Positions 57,730 to 64,000 of a stretch of 64,000 nt of DNA are shown here, piece after piece. The stretch lies in sequence record PP968062.1. One strand, given 5' to 3'. Both the position numbers and the translations under genes were made by a program. Every line of letters starts with the position of its first letter. The first letter of the stretch is position 1. A model generated the notes under the pieces. It was not told the origin of the DNA. It worked only from the letters and a program-made list of their open reading frames with translations, and made no database searches.

Positions 57730-57969
57730 TTACACTTGCGCTTCGATCATCATGAAAAGACCACCCAAGAAGAGGGTTAACAACGCAACGATTGCAGCGC
57801 CCCACATGAGGACAGTGCAGATTGTGTTGATACGGTCCAACATGATTCGATCTTTCTTGGGTAGACGAGTACGACGGATATCGTCATCGTCTTTCACCAG
57901 TTTGGCTACAAACAAAGAGCCTGCAATAACTGCAAGCGCGATCCACCAGACGAGCATGATGGCTTCCAT
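57730..57969 (-). CDS. small membrane protein (2 TM)
   Basis: AGGAG RBS; two hydrophobic helices. Confidence 0.65.
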   Translation of the reverse strand: MEAIMLVWWIALAVIAGSLFVAKLVKDDDDIRRTRLPKKDRIMLDRINTICTVLMWGAAIVALLTLFLGGLFMMIEAQV

Positions 57970-57982
57970 GATGAACTCCTTG

Positions 57983-58243
57983 TTACTTCATAAACATCCA
58001 GGGTGGCATCTGTAGCGTCGTGTAGACACTAACCAAAGCCGTGAGGAGAAGCACTAGGTAAATAGCAAAGCTAATAGCCCAGCTAACACAGAGGAACATA
58101 CAGAAGTACTTCCAATTGGGAAGCCACTTGCATACGCCCATTACGAACAGCCATGACACGATATAACCAATCAGGAACATCAGTCCTGGGAAGCTAATCG
58201 TAGCGTAGATAAAGGCAATTGGGTTGGTGAACATCAGATCCAT
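57983..58243 (-). CDS. small membrane protein
   Basis: Mostly hydrophobic, 86 aa. Confidence 0.65.
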   Translation of the reverse strand: MDLMFTNPIAFIYATISFPGLMFLIGYIVSWLFVMGVCKWLPNWKYFCMFLCVSWAISFAIYLVLLLTALVSVYTTLQMPPWMFMK

Positions 58244-58251
58244 GTTGGTCC

Positions 58252-58440
58252 CTATTTAGGAAGCATGTCAAAGAGATGGTATCCTGCGTAGCCTGTAACA
58301 GCGATTATGACCATTCCAATAAGAACCGTTACGATTCTATCCGACGGGGTCTTACCGCTTGCTACAAGCCCGTAGAACGTCGTTAAGCCTCCTATCAACA
58401 ACAGGGTGAAGAAGGCAAAGACTATTACGGTCCAACTCAT
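58252..58440 (-). CDS. small membrane protein (2 TM)
   Basis: Hydrophobic, 62 aa. Confidence 0.6.
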   Translation of the reverse strand: MSWTVIVFAFFTLLLIGGLTTFYGLVASGKTPSDRIVTVLIGMVIIAVTGYAGYHLFDMLPK

Positions 58441-58443
58441 AGG

Positions 58444-58644
58444 TCAACTCAGGAAGATGATGTAGAAGGCAGCGATCACCAGCAAGATTACCGCCAGGAT
58501 TGCCGCCAGTGGACCGGAGATATTGAAAGCTTTCGCCAACTCGATCGGCATGTGGGATGTTTTAACACCCAATGCGTGCTTCAGGCAATACACGGCGAAC
58601 AGGATAATGATCAGAAAGCAGAAAACGTTAGACAGAAATGCCAT
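58444..58644 (-). CDS. small membrane protein (2 TM)
   Basis: AAGGAG RBS; first gene after the early promoter. Confidence 0.65.
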   Translation of the reverse strand: MAFLSNVFCFLIIILFAVYCLKHALGVKTSHMPIELAKAFNISGPLAAILAVILLVIAAFYIIFLS

Positions 58645-58671
58645 GGTATTACTCCTTTAGAGGGGCTATAT

Positions 58672-58697
58672 TCATTGTTGTAATATAGGCTTTAAAC
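58672..58697 (-). promoter_or_regulatory. early promoter (TATATTAC)
   Basis: TTTAAAGCC-TATATTAC-AACAATGA. Confidence 0.7.
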
Positions 58698-59021
58698 CAG
58701 TTTAAGTACATACGACAGGTTAGCCATAGCAAACAGGGCTACTGTAAAGAACCCAAACCAACCGATGAAGTAGTAACGATAATCACGCCACCACTTGGGA
58801 GTATCATAACCATTCGGATTGATTACAGCATTACCGATACCCAATACACAGGTCCAGATAGCTGCAACACCAGTAAGGATACTCAGCGTAGTGAACGGTA
58901 GATAAATATACGCTGCGATAGGGATAGCAATAACCGCAACAAGAATGCAGAACATCAGGTTGGGGAAAGGAAGAGCACCGTGGGGAGCGTTTTCATAAGC
59001 GTGTTGAGAGAAAGTAGTCAT
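58692..59021 (-). CDS. membrane protein (3 TM)
   Basis: Start re-called to MTTFSQH (AAGGA RBS). Confidence 0.65.
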   Translation of the reverse strand: MTTFSQHAYENAPHGALPFPNLMFCILVAVIAIPIAAYIYLPFTTLSILTGVAAIWTCVLGIGNAVINPNGYDTPKWWRDYRYYFIGWFGFFTVALFAMANLSYVLKLV

Positions 59022-59031
59022 TTCATTTTCC

Positions 59032-59304
59032 TTAGATGTTGGTAACAGCAATTACAAACAGGATCAGCGTAAAGTAAGTTAATACCAGGTAACATTTCTT
59101 TACGAACGTATGGATCAATCGGGTCAACGCAATCTCAGAATACTCTATAGACTGCTTTATTAACGTCGGTTTGATGTTCTGTCCGGCTAAACGTAACATG
59201 TGTTTATAGTGCGCGGTTCTGTACTCCTCGCGGAGCTTCAGTTCCAATACATACATCATGACGGCTAATATCGGTGAAACAATAAGCAGGATCACAGGTG
59301 ACAT
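59032..59304 (-). CDS. membrane protein (2 TM)
   Basis: Start re-called to MSPVILL (GAGGA RBS). Confidence 0.6.
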   Translation of the reverse strand: MSPVILLIVSPILAVMMYVLELKLREEYRTAHYKHMLRLAGQNIKPTLIKQSIEYSEIALTRLIHTFVKKCYLVLTYFTLILFVIAVTNI

Positions 59305-59354
59305 TTCTCTATTTCCTCTTCGTGGCATAAAGCCCACCCGGAGGTGGGCTATGT

Positions 59355-60890
59355 TTAGTGCATGGATATACGCCGTAGCACCATCGACAATGTCTTCCCA
59401 GCGAAATGTTCTCCTTTATTACGTGCATATCTCACGTGATGCGGTATGTTCTCGCAGACCATGTAGGTCAAACGTGGGACTACGTCAAGGAAATCTTTCA
59501 GCTTACGGAGACGACCCAGAATTTGGATGTTGTCTTTCTTCGAGTCAGTTGCTTGGAGAAGCACTACCTCACGAAGGTTAGGAATGTCTACACCTGTACC
59601 GGATGACTTAATAGTAGACACCGTAATGTCGTTATTAAGTAGCTGATCGTAACTACACCCAGAGACATGTCCGTTAACAGTCAAGTCAGGGAACTTAGTC
59701 TTCAGGTATTTAACCAGCTTTTCAATGAAGGCTACAGTTGCACACAGGAGGAGTAGCTTCTGACCAGGTAAGCGGTCTTTCACATACACGCCTTCTGCAA
59801 TACGACCAACCATCTTGAAGTATTCATCCATCCGCTTAGGATCTTTCATCATTACTGTTTCGTAACGCGCATGGTTATACGTGTTCTTAAACGGAGTCAG
59901 ATAATCCTTAGGCTTGATCTTAGGTTCGGTGTAGAGTAACCCCATGCAGTTGATGTAGACGTCGTAGTTAGGCAACCGACACATCGTCTCGGCAGGCAAC
60001 ATCTTGTCAATCATCTTCGTCACGTAGGCATTCCCTGTGTAGGGAGTAGCCGACAGATATATCTGCTTATTAATGTTCGAGTAAATATCGATCCGGAAGG
60101 TTAGACCTGGATCCTCTTGAATCTCGTCATTGATTTGGCAGCCTGCTTGGATTGCTTCGTGGAACCGGGGCGGTGGTACATTATACCCGAGCTCATGGAG
60201 TCGGTTTCCGTACTTCTCGAAGTTATCAAGATATGCCCGGTAGGTAGTAGAAGAGATTACAATAACGTCAATCCCTTCAAGATCGTTTTCAACGCCACGA
60301 TCAATCAGTTTCTGAAGCTCGGCGGAACCAGAGATTGTGATGTATCTCTGAGCAATGTCTTTGTACGTGTTCTGGAGAGCCTCAATCCAAATACCGAAGT
60401 ACTTGGGAGGAACCATCACAACGCAACGACACATCATCGAGGCAAGGGATGCTAGACTTGTTAGGGTCTTTCCTTTACCTGTTTGTAGGTCAACTCGTGC
60501 AGAGTGTAACCAGTCCCGCAAAATGTCTTCACGGATGATTTCCTGATAATCCCGCAGTACGTATTTTTCGTACATCTCGTAGGTAGCTGCTGCTGCCTTT
60601 GGGACAGGGATATCCTCAATCTCGACTCGTTCTCTTGGGATACCTTTGTTCTCCAGATAACCGATCAGGTCTTCTAGTGAATTTCGGTGGATATAAGTCT
60701 CTGATAGATCTTCGAAACAACCATAGTACTTTTTCTTGAGTTCCATGATGATTCGATTACCAGGGATCTTCTTAGGTTCTTTCAAAGAAAGCCCTTCAAG
60801 AAACCCCTGCATTTTAGCGAACGTTTCCCGAGTATACCCAGATAGTCGGACACCATGCGTATAGCGCTCAGCCTTGAGTATCGGTACCAT
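59355..60890 (-). CDS. SF2 helicase, UvsW-like (phiKZ gp75-like)
   Basis: LQTGKGKT (I), NDEIQE (II), LSATP (III), SSGTGVDIPNL (V), QILGRLRK (VI); terminator at 59324-59353. Confidence 0.85.
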   Translation of the reverse strand: MVPILKAERYTHGVRLSGYTRETFAKMQGFLEGLSLKEPKKIPGNRIIMELKKKYYGCFEDLSETYIHRNSLEDLIGYLENKGIPRERVEIEDIPVPKAAAATYEMYEKYVLRDYQEIIREDILRDWLHSARVDLQTGKGKTLTSLASLASMMCRCVVMVPPKYFGIWIEALQNTYKDIAQRYITISGSAELQKLIDRGVENDLEGIDVIVISSTTYRAYLDNFEKYGNRLHELGYNVPPPRFHEAIQAGCQINDEIQEDPGLTFRIDIYSNINKQIYLSATPYTGNAYVTKMIDKMLPAETMCRLPNYDVYINCMGLLYTEPKIKPKDYLTPFKNTYNHARYETVMMKDPKRMDEYFKMVGRIAEGVYVKDRLPGQKLLLLCATVAFIEKLVKYLKTKFPDLTVNGHVSGCSYDQLLNNDITVSTIKSSGTGVDIPNLREVVLLQATDSKKDNIQILGRLRKLKDFLDVVPRLTYMVCENIPHHVRYARNKGEHFAGKTLSMVLRRISMH

Positions 60891-60946
60891 AAAAAATCAA
60901 CGAGGGGAATGGGAGAGCCGAAGCTCTCCCAACCTCGGCCTCCAGC

Positions 60947-62920
60947 TTAGAGCAGTTTGCCTCCCATGACCGCGAGATCGTAGGGATGGTCGTTCCTCAG
61001 TGTGTAGAGGAAACTGCCAGGATTGTTCAACGGCTCATGTTGCTTCTCGAACGACATCGCACCTGCCAACGAACGGGACATCATCAGTTTGTTGTATTTC
61101 TCAAACTGACCCGTTATACCCGGCTTAGGCAGACGGTAATCGCGATCAGCGATAGAGCGCACCATCATAGCATAAACCAGAACCTCACAGTGAATTGCGT
61201 TCAGAGAGAACTTCTCGTTCAGCAGAGCCACAGTAGCCGCCAATGCATCAACGGGGTCTTTGTAGTTCTTAAGATAAGTCTTGCTAGTAAAACCTACCTT
61301 ATCTGAACTCAGTTTCGAACCTTCGGTATCACTACCGGAGTGCAGGAACGACTGGATACGCTTCATCACTTCGTACATGTTTACGTGCTTGTTCGGCAGC
61401 GTCAGGAACGGCAGAGTAAAGTCAAACCCAGCCATATCGATCACGATGTTATCGCGAGCATCCAGTTCCCAACGTACACGTTTGATGTGTTGTAGCATTT
61501 CAGTCGACAGACTAGCTCGACGGTTATACAGCGATACCGTCAGAACGTCACCTTCATCCACCCCTTCCACAGTACGAACCAAACCGATGCGTGTCAGTTC
61601 AGAAGCACTAGGCGCTGGATATGCACTCAGGTCATCAATCATCAGAATGTCGGCGAGGTTTTGTGCCTCGTTACGACCAATCATCAGACGGAAGCCTTTA
61701 CCCGATAGTTCTTTCTTCAGGTACAGCGTTTCAGCAGCAGAGCCTGTACGCAGATACTTCGCTTCGATACCACCGATCTGATACTGTTCAACCGCGGAGG
61801 TTGCGTCAGTGTGTTTAGTCGACAATACCGCAGAGGTGATCTTGTCACCCATGGATACAGCAGACACCTGACCAATGACAGTTCCTTTCGGAATGGAGAA
61901 GCTCAGTCGACCATAGCAACGGGAACATACGCCCTGAGGATCCGGATGCATACAACCCAGGATGGAACGCATCTTGATCTTCTTACCGATCAGATGTTTC
62001 TCATCACCTTTCAGCCAATCCAGTTGCCCAGTCTGTTCATTCAGATAGTACTTACCACGCAGTGCTTTCAACGTACCCTGCATTACAGGGAAGTCGATCA
62101 GATGACCATTACAGTCACCAGTGTGCAGGTTCTGTACGTACTGAGCAATCAGCTGAGATTTCCGGTTGAAGTACTCGGTTACTCGCAGAAGCTCTTTGTT
62201 ATACAGCAGAGCTTTTGTACCGGAGCGGGATTCGATCATGTTTTCATACAGACCCCAGATACCGTCAATGTAACCAGTGGTACACGGTTCACTGAAGATG
62301 TCAGAGTTAATGTCTGTCGGAAAACCACGAGGACCATATGCCTGGAGCAGCTGTTCCATTTTCTGCGTACCCGAACGCAGGCCTTCGATGATGCTGTTAC
62401 CACGGAACTGAGTTTCGTCGTTGAATGCCTCCTTAATCATGCCATAGGAAATATTCTCGATACCATGGGTAGTAGGCTGAACGTTTTCGTTTGCCTTTCG
62501 TACGGCCGGGTGGTTGTACACTTCCATGATATCGAAGATCGACAGAGTTGCGATGTAGGCACTCAGTCGAGTAGTGGTTTCGTTATACAGCCAGTTTTTA
62601 CCTTCGATGGCCAGCTTAGCCAGAATCTCAGGATCAATCTGTTCACCACTCCAACCGTGAATACCCCAGATCACTTTGTTCAGATACTTCACCAGGGACT
62701 TAGAGGTAACCCGAGTGGACGCCAGGTGATAGTCTTTCAGAACTGGTGCATCGGGGAAAGCTTTCAGTGGATACCAGAGCAGAACCGATAGCTTGGTGAT
62801 CCGATCTTTTGCATAGAGTTTCTCTCCGTCATCAAAGACGATCTCATGCCATTCACTCGGAATGGACCACAGTTCGTCATAGCTCATGTTGAGAAGATCG
62901 CGTGCTTTATACTGCTTCAT
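60947..62920 (-). CDS. non-virion RNA polymerase beta'-like subunit (phiKZ gp74-like)
   Basis: ESRSGTKAL, TEYFNRK, RSILGC...GVCSRCYG, SAVLSTKH. Confidence 0.85.
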   Translation of the reverse strand: MKQYKARDLLNMSYDELWSIPSEWHEIVFDDGEKLYAKDRITKLSVLLWYPLKAFPDAPVLKDYHLASTRVTSKSLVKYLNKVIWGIHGWSGEQIDPEILAKLAIEGKNWLYNETTTRLSAYIATLSIFDIMEVYNHPAVRKANENVQPTTHGIENISYGMIKEAFNDETQFRGNSIIEGLRSGTQKMEQLLQAYGPRGFPTDINSDIFSEPCTTGYIDGIWGLYENMIESRSGTKALLYNKELLRVTEYFNRKSQLIAQYVQNLHTGDCNGHLIDFPVMQGTLKALRGKYYLNEQTGQLDWLKGDEKHLIGKKIKMRSILGCMHPDPQGVCSRCYGRLSFSIPKGTVIGQVSAVSMGDKITSAVLSTKHTDATSAVEQYQIGGIEAKYLRTGSAAETLYLKKELSGKGFRLMIGRNEAQNLADILMIDDLSAYPAPSASELTRIGLVRTVEGVDEGDVLTVSLYNRRASLSTEMLQHIKRVRWELDARDNIVIDMAGFDFTLPFLTLPNKHVNMYEVMKRIQSFLHSGSDTEGSKLSSDKVGFTSKTYLKNYKDPVDALAATVALLNEKFSLNAIHCEVLVYAMMVRSIADRDYRLPKPGITGQFEKYNKLMMSRSLAGAMSFEKQHEPLNNPGSFLYTLRNDHPYDLAVMGGKLL

Positions 62921-62946
62921 TATTTACCTCTTGGCCTACGGCCTGG

Positions 62947-64000
62947 TTAAACACCAGGCGCGTACTTGAACTGCAACCCACGGCATTCCAGCAAGTGAGA
63001 CAGGAGTCCCACCGGACGGGAGTTACCGAACGGGATCTTAGAACGATCAACTGCCTTCTCGATGTTGGACGGCTGGTCCGCAGTCAGGATGGAGTTGATC
63101 ACAGCAACGTGAGCTTCTGGGTTGTTGGTTTGGTCCAGCAACTCTACGGTAGGCAATGCACCCACAGTACAGTTATAAGAACGAGTCTCGGATTCACCGA
63201 ACGAACGAATCGCGCTCTCACGACCAGGAGTACTGGAACGATCAGAGTTATTCAGCTTCGACGGTAGACCGAACTGTTGAGTCTTCACAGATGCTACAGC
63301 CGACCAGTCTTCACCGATCTTTTCCAGAAGCATCATGTAAAGCGGACCGAGCAACATTGGATCTTTGGTAGTCACCTCTTTGCCAGTCTGGTCACGATAC
63401 GTAACCGGAGCATATGTCGGACAGAACCGGGATTCCAGGATCTTGTTACTTGCAGTCGGCAGATGGACCGGATCGTCTACCGGAGAATACAAATAAGCAA
63501 ACCCGTCACGCAGAACGTGTGCTACGTGTTGAATAGGGTTCGGATGATCCTTAACCATTCCATGCATAGTCGGAGTGACGATTGCATAGAAGTCCAGCAG
63601 TTCATTGAATGCGTACTTAACGAAGTCAGCGTTGTTACGGATGTGGTTAACCACTGCATCCAGTTCATACGAACCATGACGCTCTAGCCCACATTCAATT
63701 CGGAGACGTTGAGCCAGATCGCGAGATGCTGCACCGAAACCATGTTCATAGATACGACCATAGTTAGAACGACGCATAGTCGAGCCGCCAAAGATAACAA
63801 CATCTGCAACGTTACCATTCACGTCACGAGGCATATCTGCTCGCTTCATGATCTTACAAACGACACCTTTTCCGCCATGAAAATCAGTAGCTTTATATGC
63901 ACCGCCCGGTTCTTTAATCGATTCATAGGTGATTTCAACACGCCATTCATCAAGTTGATCCAGTCGATACATACGTGTCAGCTTACGTTGACCTTCGGCT
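62947..64000 (-). CDS. non-virion RNA polymerase beta-like subunit, C-terminal part (phiKZ gp71-73-like); 5' end outside window
   Basis: DFHGGKGVVC, RRSNYGRIYE, GPLYMMLLEK, IRSFGESE; frame stays open upstream of 63972 to the window end. Confidence 0.88.
   Translation of the reverse strand, partial: AEGQRKLTRMYRLDQLDEWRVEITYESIKEPGGAYKATDFHGGKGVVCKIMKRADMPRDVNGNVADVVIFGGSTMRRSNYGRIYEHGFGAASRDLAQRLRIECGLERHGSYELDAVVNHIRNNADFVKYAFNELLDFYAIVTPTMHGMVKDHPNPIQHVAHVLRDGFAYLYSPVDDPVHLPTASNKILESRFCPTYAPVTYRDQTGKEVTTKDPMLLGPLYMMLLEKIGEDWSAVASVKTQQFGLPSKLNNSDRSSTPGRESAIRSFGESETRSYNCTVGALPTVELLDQTNNPEAHVAVINSILTADQPSNIEKAVDRSKIPFGNSRPVGLLSHLLECRGLQFKYAPGV

Noticed and set aside
62947-63972. 341-aa RNAP subunit as a complete gene or intron-split exon
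   Set aside because: The frame is open to base 64000, so it is simply truncated by the window; no intron elements visible
1-64000. tRNA, rRNA, inteins, integrase or transposase
   Set aside because: No cloverleaf/TTCGA-CCA patterns, intein splice motifs or recombinase motifs recognised by eye; a tRNAscan-SE/HMM run would be needed to exclude them formally

Overview
The window is part of a phiKZ-like (nucleus-forming-type) jumbo phage genome, not a cellular chromosome. Gene order follows my recollection of the phiKZ gp71-gp122 block. Reading from the left: major capsid protein (1089-3314), DnaB-like helicase (4062-5600), and a ~13 kb accessory zone of small, mostly minus-strand early ORFs (many membrane proteins, one macrodomain). 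Next come baseplate/virion genes, a tandem array of six paralogous protease-processed internal head proteins, and a split family-B DNA polymerase subunit interrupted by a group I intron carrying an HNH endonuclease. The right end holds a virion RNAP beta'-C subunit, an SF2 helicase and two non-virion RNAP subunits, the last truncated by the window edge. Most notable observations: (1) the intron boundaries, P1, P10 and P7 can be read directly, and the HNH ORF sits in loop L1; (2) a C_CCA_AAG slippery heptamer just before the polymerase stop codon leads in the -1 frame into a NADAR-like domain that has no start codon of its own; (3) candidate anti-defence genes (DarG-type macrodomain, NADAR-like domain, Gp49/66-family protein); (4) a conserved TATGYCG tail on many terminators, a shared N-terminal peptide on internal head proteins, a covarying hairpin, and a candidate sRNA. 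phiKZ gp numbers come from recalled synteny and sizes, not from database searches. No tRNA, rRNA or CRISPR array was seen.
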